Positions 29,087-39,778 are shown, numbered from the stretch's first letter. The stretch: DNA of 64,000 nt from Candidatus Babeliales bacterium (GCA_963701665.1 OY969622.1:256001-320000); one strand, 5' to 3'. A program made the numbers and translations. The notes: generated from the letters alone by a model not told the origin.

Positions 29087-30019
29087 ATGGAACATATCAC
29101 CTGCATTTTTTGTCCTCGCGATGCTTCATCCATCATGATTGAAGAAGATGGCTATCAAGGAAAAAAATGCCATGAATGTTCATTAATTTATATTTCCCCT
29201 CGTCCAATGATCGATGAAGTTATCGATATATATGGGCACAACAATGCTCATATTTCTGCACAATCCCATATTGATGGTAGTTATTTAAAACGTTTATACG
29301 CGCGTCACAGTCTGCGTATTTTAAAAAAATTCATAAAAAATGGTGCTCTACTTGAAATCGGATCGGGTGCTGGGTATTTCCTTGATGAAGCACGTAAGGC
29401 TGGTTTTGATCCCCATGGCATTGAATTAAATCCCGAACAAGCTCGTTTCATGCAAGAAACATTGCATATCCCCTGTGAACAAAAACCACTATCAGCACAT
29501 TCGTTTTCTGCTCAAACGTTCGATGTAATTTTTCATAGCGATGTTATTAGCCACTTTCATAATCCTATCAAAGAGTTTCATACTATGCATGCTCTCTTGC
29601 GTGACAATGGTTATCTTATATTTGAAACAGGTAATATTGGCGATGTGGCTACGAGCTATTATTCATTATTTTCTAGTTTTCAATATCCCGATCATCTTTT
29701 TTTCTTTAGTGAAAAAACATTACGATTACTTCTTGAAAAAACCGGTTTTGAGCTTGTGGCCTATCATGCATATTCTATTGTGCCACAATTATATTTCATG
29801 AGATGGTTGAAAAGAACCGTGCTATCATCGCAAGAAAGTCGCGTTTTATATGCAAGAAACTCGCAAAACTCTAAGAAAACAATAAAATCCTTTCTCATTG
29901 CGTATGCAAAGCAGCTCTATTATTACTTTATGTATATCCTTCGCTATCGCGTTGGTTCTTGGTTTGTAAAATCAGAGTGTCCACAAACCGTACTTATTGT
30001 TGCGCGAAAAAAAGCATAA
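29087..30019 (+). CDS. Class I SAM-dependent methyltransferase
   Basis: CxxC pairs at the N-terminus, LLEIGSGAGYFL, FDVI..DVISH, PDHLFFFS. Confidence 0.88.
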   Translation: MEHITCIFCPRDASSIMIEEDGYQGKKCHECSLIYISPRPMIDEVIDIYGHNNAHISAQSHIDGSYLKRLYARHSLRILKKFIKNGALLEIGSGAGYFLDEARKAGFDPHGIELNPEQARFMQETLHIPCEQKPLSAHSFSAQTFDVIFHSDVISHFHNPIKEFHTMHALLRDNGYLIFETGNIGDVATSYYSLFSSFQYPDHLFFFSEKTLRLLLEKTGFELVAYHAYSIVPQLYFMRWLKRTVLSSQESRVLYARNSQNSKKTIKSFLIAYAKQLYYYFMYILRYRVGSWFVKSECPQTVLIVARKKA

Positions 30020-30162
30020 TCGTGCAATTTTTCATTAATCTCAAATGATAACTGATTGAAATGCTTTTTAGTGTCATTTTGCAAATAGTTACAAAAATGC
30101 ATTCATGTGACTGAGATAAAAACGGTTGCTTTTTGCTTCATGTCTAGGACAGACTTAAAAAG

Positions 30163-31206
30163 ATGAGTCATTTAAAACTCATCATGAATTGTGAAAGTAA
30201 TTTGATAGTAGTGAAAGAAACAGGCATGCATTCAGGAGAAAATAAGACTGTTGCGCAACAGATCTCTCGATGGGGCAATGCAGCTTCGATTGCGTTACTA
30301 GATCCTTCGTGTAATATTTTTAGTGTTCCGCATCTTGAAGGAATTATCGGGTATCGTATAGCATCACAATATGCCATAGTTTTTGGTGATCCAGTCTGTG
30401 AACAAAAAGTTATTAAAGACCTTCTCTCTTCATTTCATGAACATTGTGCACTTCATAAAAAAAAAATAATTTACATTTGTACGAGTGAGCAATTTGCACA
30501 ATTATCATTGAACAATTTTTGTAAAGCTGCCATTGAATTTGGATCAGAAGTTGTTTTAAATCCTATGCTTGATCCTATGCAAAAGACCGGCAAGAAAGCC
30601 TCCCTTTTACGTAATAAGTATAATCAAGCTATGCGTGATGGGATTATTGTTGAAGAATACAGTCAATATGACGAACATATCGAAGAAGAAATGCAAAAAA
30701 TTCGTGAATCGTGGCTTAACAATAGAAAAGGGCCACAGTTATGTTTGTTGCAAATAGATATATTTCGTGAACGAGCGCATAAGCGGTATTTTTATGCCCA
30801 TTATAAAGGAAGAATAATTGGCTTGCTCATGCTTAATCGCATTGATGCGCATCATGGATGGGTGCTCAATATTTTAATGGTGTCTCCCGATGCACCGACC
30901 GTTACCTCAGAATTTCTTATTATCAATACGCTTGCGAAGTTGCGCGAAGAATCTTGTCATTTTTTTTCAGTGGGTACGTTACCAGCAACTAGTCTTGGCA
31001 AATTCGAGGGTCTGGGCAAATTTTCTCAATGGTGTACGCGCGGCCTTTATAGAACTGCTAAAAAAATTTTTCGTCTTGAAGATAGGCAACGTTATTGGAA
31101 AAAATTTTATCCAGAAGCGCGTCCCGTTTATATCGTATTCAGTCAGTCTGGCGTTAAATTGACTGAAGCATACGGTATTATTCGCGCTTTAAGTGCTAAG
31201 CTCTGA
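30163..31206 (+). CDS. Aminoacyl-phosphatidylglycerol synthase C-terminal (MprF/DUF2156-like) domain protein
   Basis: AIVFGDPVC, EFGSEVVL, LRNKYNQA, WKKFYP..PVYI; no flippase TM domain. The true start may be 30226. Confidence 0.75.
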   Translation: MSHLKLIMNCESNLIVVKETGMHSGENKTVAQQISRWGNAASIALLDPSCNIFSVPHLEGIIGYRIASQYAIVFGDPVCEQKVIKDLLSSFHEHCALHKKKIIYICTSEQFAQLSLNNFCKAAIEFGSEVVLNPMLDPMQKTGKKASLLRNKYNQAMRDGIIVEEYSQYDEHIEEEMQKIRESWLNNRKGPQLCLLQIDIFRERAHKRYFYAHYKGRIIGLLMLNRIDAHHGWVLNILMVSPDAPTVTSEFLIINTLAKLREESCHFFSVGTLPATSLGKFEGLGKFSQWCTRGLYRTAKKIFRLEDRQRYWKKFYPEARPVYIVFSQSGVKLTEAYGIIRALSAKL

Positions 31207-32154
31207 TTGCGCGTCTATTTCTTCTTGTGCCTGCAATAAATTGCGGATTTTTTTGAACCATTCTAATCTTTCTTCGGGCGTATCCTGAGATAAGGTGTGG
31301 GTTTGATTTTTAGTTAATGCTTTGATTTCTTTTGCGTATTTAACAAAAGCTACTGCCGTTGCTAGATCTTTGCTAGCGGGAATGAGATCAGCTTCTGATT
31401 CGATTGCCTGCTTTATACTGTAAAATTGTATAGGGACCGCTTCTTTGTTGCGCATGCACAGTTTCTTAACATTATACAAAAAAAGACGATGATTTGCGTT
31501 CATATGAAATTTTTCATGTTGTAGTTCTGCTGATTGAGACGATTTTGATAAATTTTTATAATTGAGCCCAAGATACAAATCAAAAACGGATGGCTTCTTC
31601 GTAATAAGAGTAGCTGTATCCTTAAAACGTGCGCGGCAGCAAGTGCCACTTTCTTGAGACCAGTCGATATTTTTGTATTCTTGAAAATACATACTTAACG
31701 TTGTATATTCATCCGCAATTTTTTCTTTGATAGTATATTCGGCTGAAAATAAATCTTTGATAGCTTTTTTGTCTTGCTCAGTGAAATGTGTTTCGGGAGA
31801 AAAATGAATGACAAGCAGTTTTTTTTGATCAATATTTTTATGTAGTGAACTATGGAGATCAATCATCTGTTCTTTTTCTTCATCAGATAAATAGTTGCAT
31901 TGTTTAAGCAAGAGAAGAGCATTCACCACTCTTTTTTCCGTAATCAATACTATTGCTTCTTGAATAGTTAATCCCTGATCATGTAATTCTTGCACCAACG
32001 CTTTGTTTTCTTCTAGAGAAGCTTTAGGTGGTATTTTTTTCATTTTTTGCACAATCAGATCGCGTGGCGATTCTGCTTGTGTAAAAAAGGGTAACAAACA
32101 AAGCTGGAATATGATTGGCAATAAGGATCTATTCATCGGTATCTTGATTATCAT
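31189..32154 (-). CDS. Secreted hypothetical protein with HExxH motif (M48-like metallopeptidase?)
   Basis: Signal peptide; ELQHEKFH, ESEADL, TPEERL. Confidence 0.55.
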   Translation of the reverse strand: MIIKIPMNRSLLPIIFQLCLLPFFTQAESPRDLIVQKMKKIPPKASLEENKALVQELHDQGLTIQEAIVLITEKRVVNALLLLKQCNYLSDEEKEQMIDLHSSLHKNIDQKKLLVIHFSPETHFTEQDKKAIKDLFSAEYTIKEKIADEYTTLSMYFQEYKNIDWSQESGTCCRARFKDTATLITKKPSVFDLYLGLNYKNLSKSSQSAELQHEKFHMNANHRLFLYNVKKLCMRNKEAVPIQFYSIKQAIESEADLIPASKDLATAVAFVKYAKEIKALTKNQTHTLSQDTPEERLEWFKKIRNLLQAQEEIDAQSELST

Positions 32155-32284
32155 TTTTTAATTATAAGGTTTTATAACTGTTTTTTCAACAAATAATGAT
32201 ATTTGAAAATTCAAAACTCTCTTTGCAACTATTGCCAAAGAATGCTCAAATTATTAATGCTAGGATCCAATAAGGAGATATATA

Positions 32285-33988
32285 ATGATACTTTTATTAG
32301 TTTTTTCATTTCTCGCAGGCCTCGTGACGGTGCTTTCACCATGTATTTTACCCGTTTTGCCTTTGCTGCTGGCAGCAGGAGTTGGACAGGGCAAATATAG
32401 GCCGTGGGGGATTATTATTGGCCTCATTATCAGTTTTTCATTTTTTACGCTTTCATTAACTGCGCTTGTACATTTCTTCGGCATTTCGCCAACGGTGCTG
32501 CGTTATGCTGCAATAGTTTTTATGATTTTTTTCGGCTGTTCTTTGCTGTTTCCGAGTCTTGAACAATGGCTGACTCAGCACTCTGGCGGCATTGGCCGAC
32601 TTGGCGATATGCTGCAGGCAAAATCTGCCTATTTTCAGTCTGGGTTTTTAAGCGGCTTTATAGTGGGGGTTGCTCTTGGACTTGTGTGGACGCCGTGTGC
32701 AGGGCCGATTCTGGCTTCAATTACAACGCTCGCAGCAACGCGAGCGGTGACGCTCAATGCGATTTTAATTACCTTAGCCTATAGTTGTGGCGCGGCATTG
32801 CCTATGTTTTTTATTATGTATGGCGGTAACAAGATTGTAGAATCAACGAAGTCTTTCTCACAGTATTCGGGAATCATTCGCGCCATTTTTGGTATTTTGA
32901 TGATAGTGGGTGCTTTAAGTATCGCATTTCATGCCGATGTTTTGTTGCAACAATTTACCCTTGCCTATTTTCCGCACGTAACGCTTGATGAAAATCAGAC
33001 CGTTAAAAAAGAGCTACAAAAAATTTTACCGACTTCTTCATCTGGGGATGCATTGGGGCAAATGGCGCCAGACTTTGTTGGCATCAATGCATGGATTAAT
33101 ACTGAACCACTCCACATGGATGAACTGCGAGGCAAGGTAGTTCTTATCGATTTTTGGACGTACAGTTGCATCAATTGCGTGCGTACGTTGCCATTCATAA
33201 AACGCTGGTATGATGAATATCATGATAAAGGATTGGTGATCGTTGGTGTTCACACGCCAGAATTTGCTTTTGAACATGAGCTTAAAAATGTGCAGGATGC
33301 GGTGAAGCGTTTTGAGATTCGGTATCCTGTTGCTTTGGATAATGAATATAAAACCTGGCAAGCATATAATAACCATTATTGGCCCGCACATTTCCTTATT
33401 GATAAACAAGGCATCATTCGCGATCGCCATTTTGGCGAGGGCGCGTATGAACAAACGGAACAAACAATACGCGCGCTTTTAGGACTCGAGCGCAAAGAAA
33501 TTCAAGAGAAACATGAAGCGCGTGCCATGAGCCAAACGCCCGAACTTTATCTTGGGTATGCGCGCGCCAGAAATTATGTGCCCTCGTTGACCATTGAAAA
33601 GAATAAAACCGCGCGCTATGGCTACACCGGCACTTTAACTAATGATCACATTGGCTTGCAAGGCCCGTGGTTTGTCGATGCAGAATTTATCCGTTCTGAA
33701 AGTTCTGGAAATGATAGCAGGTTAGATCTTAATTTTATCGCTAATCGCGTCTACCTCGTTATGCAAGCGTCTTCTTCAAGTACGGTACATGTATTACTCG
33801 ATAATCAACCATTGCCATTACGCTACAAAACTACCGATGTGAATGAGCGGGGTGAGTTACAGGTGCATGAAGCGCGTATGTATGATCTAGTGAATTTACA
33901 AGGAAGTGATGGTCGACACACGCTGAGTTTGATAGTACCGCAAGGAGTTTCATTATTTGCCTTTACCTTTGGTTCCGGACAACAATAA
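32285..33988 (+). CDS. dipZ: DipZ-type CcdA + thioredoxin fusion
   Basis: LSPCILP, WTPCAGPIL, DFWTYSCINC, GVHTPEF, NHYWPA, TPELYLG, FAFTFG. Confidence 0.92.
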   Translation: MILLLVFSFLAGLVTVLSPCILPVLPLLLAAGVGQGKYRPWGIIIGLIISFSFFTLSLTALVHFFGISPTVLRYAAIVFMIFFGCSLLFPSLEQWLTQHSGGIGRLGDMLQAKSAYFQSGFLSGFIVGVALGLVWTPCAGPILASITTLAATRAVTLNAILITLAYSCGAALPMFFIMYGGNKIVESTKSFSQYSGIIRAIFGILMIVGALSIAFHADVLLQQFTLAYFPHVTLDENQTVKKELQKILPTSSSGDALGQMAPDFVGINAWINTEPLHMDELRGKVVLIDFWTYSCINCVRTLPFIKRWYDEYHDKGLVIVGVHTPEFAFEHELKNVQDAVKRFEIRYPVALDNEYKTWQAYNNHYWPAHFLIDKQGIIRDRHFGEGAYEQTEQTIRALLGLERKEIQEKHEARAMSQTPELYLGYARARNYVPSLTIEKNKTARYGYTGTLTNDHIGLQGPWFVDAEFIRSESSGNDSRLDLNFIANRVYLVMQASSSSTVHVLLDNQPLPLRYKTTDVNERGELQVHEARMYDLVNLQGSDGRHTLSLIVPQGVSLFAFTFGSGQQ

Positions 33989-34039
33989 AGAACAAAATAG
34001 AGGCAGACCCCAATGAAAAACTAAAAAAGAGGTGTGCTT

Positions 34040-34303
34040 ATGAAACATATGATACTTGGTATGCTGTGCCTTGTGAGCGTTAACACGCTCCTAGGTATGG
34101 GAGCTGCGGTTCAGCAAATCTATAAGGATCGGGTACAAAATCAATCATCAATAAGGCAGCGTAATGATTCTGATGAACATGACATTTGGACAGGATTGGG
34201 TATTGCTACTATTGAAGCTTTAAAGTCTTTATCATGGCTATGCCATGCTGAACCGACCGATAAAAAAAGGTACAAAAGATCTGTAAGTACTAAATTTGAA
34301 TGA
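34040..34303 (+). CDS. Small secreted hypothetical protein
   Basis: GAGG RBS; signal peptide, LLG-MGAA. Confidence 0.55.
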   Translation: MKHMILGMLCLVSVNTLLGMGAAVQQIYKDRVQNQSSIRQRNDSDEHDIWTGLGIATIEALKSLSWLCHAEPTDKKRYKRSVSTKFE

Positions 34304-34393
34304 TGCATCTGATTTGCTACGTAGATCGACATTTTTGACCTACATGCTATACTGACTAAAAAAATAATGTTACCTACCTACAAAGAGGATTAC

Positions 34394-35110
34394 ATGATTA
34401 CCATAAAAAAAATCGCAGCGCTTGTTTTTTTAGCGGTAGGTGCTGCAACAATCGATGCACGCCCCGTTACTAAAAGAGTCGTTACATTCGCATTTCAGCA
34501 TGTTATGGCTACCCAACAAAAAGGCACCATGCTTAAAAAAATTGCGCAACTTTTTTCACGTCAGCAATGGTCTGAGTTGCCAATGAGCATGAAAGTGTTA
34601 ACAGTCTGCTTATATCGTTATATGACGCATAAAGTTTCACTCAAACAACTCATGGATGAAAATCCATACCTATTAAAATATAAAGATGATATCTACAATT
34701 TAATTACGCTGGATGTACCAAAACAAGACATGCTCGATCTGTTGAAAAAACTTAAAGACGATGGAGTTATTCTCATTTTAGCAACCAGTAAATCACAAGA
34801 AGTGATTGAATTGCTCAAGACAATGTATCCAGAATTATTTGCACCATTCGATGTCTTATATTATGGTCCCGATAATCAGGGCCATAAACCAGACAACGAG
34901 TTTTTTGTTGGTTTGCGTAAAATAGTGAATCAATTGGCTGATATTACCATTAAAGAAGAATATGTATACGTTGATGCTCACAAAAAAAATTGTGAGGCCG
35001 CTCAGCATGCTGATTATAATGTTCGTACCATTACCTTCCAATCGGCACAAAAGTTAGAAGAAAATCTCAGAGCATGGGGTTATTTTTCAGATGAGCAAGC
35101 GATAGCATAA
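34394..35110 (+). CDS. Secreted HAD-fold protein with degenerate motif I
   Basis: Signal peptide; LILATS, HKPDNEFF, YVDAHKKNCEAA; motif I reads FAFQHV. Confidence 0.7.
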   Translation: MITIKKIAALVFLAVGAATIDARPVTKRVVTFAFQHVMATQQKGTMLKKIAQLFSRQQWSELPMSMKVLTVCLYRYMTHKVSLKQLMDENPYLLKYKDDIYNLITLDVPKQDMLDLLKKLKDDGVILILATSKSQEVIELLKTMYPELFAPFDVLYYGPDNQGHKPDNEFFVGLRKIVNQLADITIKEEYVYVDAHKKNCEAAQHADYNVRTITFQSAQKLEENLRAWGYFSDEQAIA

Positions 35111-35131
35111 CGCACGAATACGTTTTTAATG

Positions 35132-35161
35132 AAGCCCCGGAACATTCCGGGGCTTTTTTTT
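35132..35161 (+). terminator. Intrinsic terminator
   Basis: AAGCCCCGGAA-CA-TTCCGGGGCTTTTTTTT. Confidence 0.85.
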
Positions 35162-35284
35162 GGCAAAAATCAGGGGGGTTTTAGAAAAAGAGCTGCTTGT
35201 ATAAATCTTGAGATAAAGTATAATAGAATATATTATATGAGAGGTTTCTCCAGGGCTTTACCTGGTTTGAAGGGGGTTATTTCG

Positions 35285-35839
35285 GTGAATTTCAAGAAAA
35301 TTATAGGTATATTGATAGTTTCTATCTGTATTGCTAATTCTGCACAAGGTATGGAAACCCTACAAGAATTGGCAAGCAATAGGGTTGTGCGGGCGGGTAT
35401 GATTATGGGTCTAGGAGCCGCTGTCAGTGCTGGTTCATATCATATTAGTCGCAACATTATGAAAGATAACGGAGACACATTGCCCAATGCTCAAACGGGA
35501 GCATTACATGGAGTATTATGCTTATTGCCCGTTAGTTTATACGTTTTATGCAAATCTTCTTGTCCAGAATTTTCCCTTAAAAAATGGTCATTGCTTACCG
35601 GGGCTCTAGCATTATCCCACACAGTTCCCATGCTCTGTAACCTTAGAGATAAAGGTGAGCATGACGATAATGAATTTATCAAGAGGCATCTTCCCAATTA
35701 TATTTGGGGAAAAAACAATGCAATAACTGACGAAAATCATACATTACACAAGAAAAAGAAAGAAAATATTTGGTGGGGTCATGGAACAAGTTATCTTGCA
35801 ATGGGCATTTTGAAAATCTATGATCTATTGCCCTTTTAA
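35285..35839 (+). CDS. Membrane hypothetical protein (GME), paralogue 1 of 3
   Basis: GTG 35285 after GAAGGGGG; NFKKIIGILIVSICIANSAQG-METL. Confidence 0.65.
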   Translation: MNFKKIIGILIVSICIANSAQGMETLQELASNRVVRAGMIMGLGAAVSAGSYHISRNIMKDNGDTLPNAQTGALHGVLCLLPVSLYVLCKSSCPEFSLKKWSLLTGALALSHTVPMLCNLRDKGEHDDNEFIKRHLPNYIWGKNNAITDENHTLHKKKKENIWWGHGTSYLAMGILKIYDLLPF

Positions 35840-35853
35840 TAATGGAGAGTCCG

Positions 35854-36417
35854 ATGAAATTAAAAAAAATTTTATTTACCCTTACTTTCTCAATTTGTTT
35901 TTCTAATGCTGTTTATGGCATGGAGCTCGTTAAGGATATTGTCAAAAACGAGGTTTTGCCTGCGGCAGCTATTGTGGCAACGGGGGCAGCTTTGAGTGTA
36001 GCATCTGATTATCTGTTTTGCGCAGCTGACCGTTGGTATCGTCCAAACACGCAATTTGCATCGCCAAAAGTAAACATACCGGAATCTCTTTTTGAAGGGG
36101 CACTACTATCCCTACCTATCGTAGGCTTTGCTCGCTTTGGCTTCTCTACACCTTATCCTTACGCGAATAATGTATCTAAGTTAGCCTTAATGGGCGGAAG
36201 TATGTTTGCGGTTCTTAGTGCGCTTTGGATAAGTACTGATAAGACGGTCGATGCTAGAATAATATCCTACCCAGCCCTGGTAGTTACAGAGGAAGCGAGA
36301 ATTTTTACAGAAAGTGATTATTCTACGAGAAGGAAGCTGCGGTTGATTAAAGCTGCATCGATGCTATCTCTAGGCTTAGGTTATGATCTTGATCAAGGTG
36401 GTTGGTGGAACAGGTAA
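35854..36417 (+). CDS. Membrane hypothetical protein (GME), paralogue 2 of 3
   Basis: GGAG RBS; VYG-MELVKDIVKNEVLPAA. Confidence 0.7.
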   Translation: MKLKKILFTLTFSICFSNAVYGMELVKDIVKNEVLPAAAIVATGAALSVASDYLFCAADRWYRPNTQFASPKVNIPESLFEGALLSLPIVGFARFGFSTPYPYANNVSKLALMGGSMFAVLSALWISTDKTVDARIISYPALVVTEEARIFTESDYSTRRKLRLIKAASMLSLGLGYDLDQGGWWNR

Positions 36418-36427
36418 GGGAAATCTC

Positions 36428-36964
36428 ATGAATTTAAAAAAAATTTTATTTACACTCGCATTCTTATTCTGTTTTTCTAGCGCTGTTCATGGCATGGACC
36501 TCGTTAAAGATATTGTCAAAAACGAGGTTTTGCCTGCTGCAACTATTATTGCAACTGGCGCTGCTTTAGGCGCAGCTTCAAATATCGTGTATAATACAAT
36601 TAATCATTTGACAAGCAATCAAATATATAACTTTAAGAGCCCAACTTTGAAAGAATCAATCTTAAGAGGAGCTGCATTATCCTTACCAATAGTGTTACGG
36701 GCGCGCTTAATGTCCGATGAACCTTACCCTCAAATAAGCCCATTAAAGTTTGCCGTACTTACAGGAGCTTCATGTTCGGCTTTTATAGGTCTTTATGCTA
36801 TACACAATAATTATCATGAAAGAGATTTAGCATTTCAAGGAGATGCTGATTTGATTACTCGTACTGTTCGATCGGATTTAGATATTTTTAAAACACAGGT
36901 ACGTGCAATTCAAGCATTTACAGCAGCAGCGATCTTCTTTGGTTATCCTTGGATGACAAGATAA
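36428..36964 (+). CDS. Membrane hypothetical protein (GMD), paralogue 3 of 3
   Basis: AAGGG RBS; VHG-MDLVKDIVKNEVLPAA; ES..GA.LSLPIV shared with paralogue 2. Confidence 0.7.
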   Translation: MNLKKILFTLAFLFCFSSAVHGMDLVKDIVKNEVLPAATIIATGAALGAASNIVYNTINHLTSNQIYNFKSPTLKESILRGAALSLPIVLRARLMSDEPYPQISPLKFAVLTGASCSAFIGLYAIHNNYHERDLAFQGDADLITRTVRSDLDIFKTQVRAIQAFTAAAIFFGYPWMTR

Positions 36965-36992
36965 ATTCCTCCAATCAGTTTTAAGGAACAAC

Positions 36993-37754
36993 ATGTTTTT
37001 AAAAACGAAACTTACTATTTTAATAACAAGCTTATTCCTAAGTTCAATGCTCTATGCTGATGATGCGATGCCTCAAGCAGCATCAGACGATGAAATTCTT
37101 GTTGCAATGTTTGATTGGCATCATGTTGTGGTTGGACCACAAATTTTAAAGGTAGTGAAATGTGGTGGCGGTATTCTTATGTATAACTTAGATGATATAG
37201 GTAATCTCACCATATCTGGGTTAGGTATTTTGGGTAAAAGTCTTGAAGGTGAGAAACTTTCCATTGAATACATCATTAAGAAATTTCCAAGTTTAGCTCC
37301 TTATGAAGATGCTATGTATGAGTGCCAGAATCAGCTGGAAGAACCTATTGAAGAAACAATCAATGCTATTAATCAGATGAAAAGGCGGGGTGTTGTTCTT
37401 GTTTTAGCTTCTAATATGAGCGAGAGGCAATATGAAAATTATAAAAAAACAAAAAAAGCCCGATTGCTCGAATTATTCGATATTCATCATATTGCAAATG
37501 AAGAAAACGGTGAAAAACCCAATAAAAAATATTATGTAACTGCTCGCGCAAAAGTGGATAAAGAAGTATGCGATGATAAAGAAGAATGCACCAAGAGAAT
37601 ACGAGCAGTGTTTACTGATGATTTACAAGAAAATATCGATGGTGCACATCAAGCAGATGTTGGCATTGATGCATTCTTATTTAACAGAGGCACTGTAGAA
37701 AAAGAATTCGAGCGCCGAGGTTTTTTCAAACGAGCGCCATCAGAAGAACAATAA
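36993..37754 (+). CDS. Secreted HAD-fold protein
   Basis: Signal peptide; MFDWHHVV, LVLASN, EKPNKKYY, FTDDLQENIDGA. Confidence 0.75.
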   Translation: MFLKTKLTILITSLFLSSMLYADDAMPQAASDDEILVAMFDWHHVVVGPQILKVVKCGGGILMYNLDDIGNLTISGLGILGKSLEGEKLSIEYIIKKFPSLAPYEDAMYECQNQLEEPIEETINAINQMKRRGVVLVLASNMSERQYENYKKTKKARLLELFDIHHIANEENGEKPNKKYYVTARAKVDKEVCDDKEECTKRIRAVFTDDLQENIDGAHQADVGIDAFLFNRGTVEKEFERRGFFKRAPSEEQ

Positions 37755-37757
37755 TCC

Positions 37758-39206
37758 ATGAACGTACGCTATTACATTTTATTCGCGCTCGTTTTCTATG
37801 GTGTCGGTAACGCGCGGCAAGAATTAGTTGTATCCCGTTCCCCATTTTTACAATGGGACTGGCAAAAAATTGCTTGTGATCGTTCTGATTTTTTAGAAAA
37901 TCTTCAATTTCCAACTTCATTTCAATTCGGTGTTGCTACTTCAGCATATCAACTTGAAGGGCCCTATCTTTATGATGATATCATTGCGCCCGATACATGG
38001 ATCGATTGGGAAAATCAATCTGGGCATATCAAAGATGGACAAAAAGTTGGCCATGCATGTGATCATTGGCATCATTGGCGCGATGATATAGCACTCGTTA
38101 AAGAATGCGGCTTTGATTCATACCGTTTCTCGATCCCATGGAGCAAAATAGAACGACAAGAGGGTGTGTTTGATGAAAAGGTCATGGAACATTATGGCGA
38201 CATGGTTGACGAACTTTTAACACAAGGCATCAAACCGATTATTATGCTCTGGCATCATACATCACCGCGATGGTTTGAACAAAAAGGCGGTTTTAAAAAA
38301 GCAAAAAATATTCAGTATTTTGTGCGTTTCGCCTTATATGTTTTTGATCATCTCTATCCGCGTGTTACAACATGGATGACGATCAATGAACCATCCGGTT
38401 ATGCATTCGAAGGTTTCTTCCGAGGGCATTATCCACCGGGCAAAAAAAATCTCAAACTTGCGGGCAAAGTGCTGCTCAACTTTCTTGATGCGCACGCTGC
38501 CGTCTATTATGCATTCAAAAAACGCGCGCATGGGCTTAAAGAACGCGTGCCTCAAGATACTGCTGCACTCGCCATAGGGTTAGCGCACGTTATTCAACCA
38601 TTAGATCCCTATCACGCGTGGAATCCATTTGAAAAAACGGTAGCACATCTTTTTGATCAGCTGCTTAACAAAGTGACTATTTCCTATTTTAAAACTGGCA
38701 ACTTTGTGTGGGGCTTTCCTGGCTGGACACTCGTTCAGGCCAAAAATTCCGCCATCAAACACTCGTTAGATTTTATTGGCATTAATTATTATTCGCACTC
38801 GACACTCAAATTACAGTATCAAATCGCGCAACCATTCAATACCGTGCCTCATCCTCATGAGTGTGTTACTGAAAAAGGGAATGTTATTTATCCTGAAGGG
38901 TTATACCGTGCCATTGAGCGCTGCGCAGTGCTTGGTGTGCCGTTATATGTAACAGAAAATGGTGTTGCCGATGGTGCTGACACGCAAAAGGATCTTTTTA
39001 TCAGAAAACATCTCTTTGTTGTTGCGCAAGCTCTACAACATGGTTATGACATTCGAGGGTATACCTATTGGACGCTCATGGATAATTGGGAATGGTGCGA
39101 GGGGTATTATCAAAAGTTCGGTTTATATCACGTTGATTTTGTGACGCAAGTGCGTACGCTGCGCGATGGCGCAAAGCCATTTATATTATTTTTGAAAAGC
39201 AGATAG
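37758..39206 (+). CDS. Glycoside hydrolase family 1 (beta-glucosidase-like) with signal peptide
   Basis: FGVATSAYQLEG, YRFSIPWSKI, TINEP, YVTENG, WTLMDNWEW, FGLYHVDF. Confidence 0.93.
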   Translation: MNVRYYILFALVFYGVGNARQELVVSRSPFLQWDWQKIACDRSDFLENLQFPTSFQFGVATSAYQLEGPYLYDDIIAPDTWIDWENQSGHIKDGQKVGHACDHWHHWRDDIALVKECGFDSYRFSIPWSKIERQEGVFDEKVMEHYGDMVDELLTQGIKPIIMLWHHTSPRWFEQKGGFKKAKNIQYFVRFALYVFDHLYPRVTTWMTINEPSGYAFEGFFRGHYPPGKKNLKLAGKVLLNFLDAHAAVYYAFKKRAHGLKERVPQDTAALAIGLAHVIQPLDPYHAWNPFEKTVAHLFDQLLNKVTISYFKTGNFVWGFPGWTLVQAKNSAIKHSLDFIGINYYSHSTLKLQYQIAQPFNTVPHPHECVTEKGNVIYPEGLYRAIERCAVLGVPLYVTENGVADGADTQKDLFIRKHLFVVAQALQHGYDIRGYTYWTLMDNWEWCEGYYQKFGLYHVDFVTQVRTLRDGAKPFILFLKSR

Positions 39207-39291
39207 TCTTACTATTGAATAATATGCGTAGTGTTTCATAGAATAAATTAAATTATTAGGAAATCTCTTTGAATATAATTGAGGTGTACTG

Positions 39292-39489
39292 ATGACCAAA
39301 CTGCATCCAAAATATGTTTATGATCAAGATGAGAAAGTTGGCGTTATACTTTCGATCGATGAATTTGAATATTTGCTTGATGAATTGGAGAATGTGCATG
39401 ATTATGAATTGATTCGGGTCAGGAAATTAAATAAAGAAAAAACTTATACATTGGCTGAGGTTAAAGCTTCCTTATCTGGGAAAAAATGA
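39292..39489 (+). CDS. Putative type II antitoxin
   Basis: Small acidic protein, GVILSIDEFEYLLDELEN; 4-nt overlap with a RelE-like gene. Confidence 0.75.
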   Translation: MTKLHPKYVYDQDEKVGVILSIDEFEYLLDELENVHDYELIRVRKLNKEKTYTLAEVKASLSGKK

Positions 39490-39770
39490 GTTTGGACAAT
39501 TATTTAAGAAATTATACGATCATTTTTACTGAATCAGCAAAAAAAGATTTAAAAAAAATTGATAGATCAATTAGTAAGATAATTGAGAAAAAAATTGAGC
39601 AACTTACATTGCATAGTGATCGTTTAGATATAAAAAAATTAGTTGGTTTCAAAGATCCTACCTATAGATTACGTATTAATGATTATAGAGTAATCTATGA
39701 AATCAAAAATGATGAAATAGTGATTTTGGTGATAGCTATAAAACATAGAAAAGATGTGTATAAGATTTAG
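39486..39770 (+). CDS. RelE/ParE-family toxin
   Basis: FTESAKKDLKKI, IKKLVG, YRLRINDYRVIYEI, IAIKHRKDVY. Confidence 0.92.
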   Translation: MSLDNYLRNYTIIFTESAKKDLKKIDRSISKIIEKKIEQLTLHSDRLDIKKLVGFKDPTYRLRINDYRVIYEIKNDEIVILVIAIKHRKDVYKI

Positions 39771-39778
39771 GATAAATA

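Noticed and set aside
34460..34500. KRVVTF as a third RVxF motif
   Set aside because: Corresponds to the first core beta-strand of the HAD fold, so it is likely buried.
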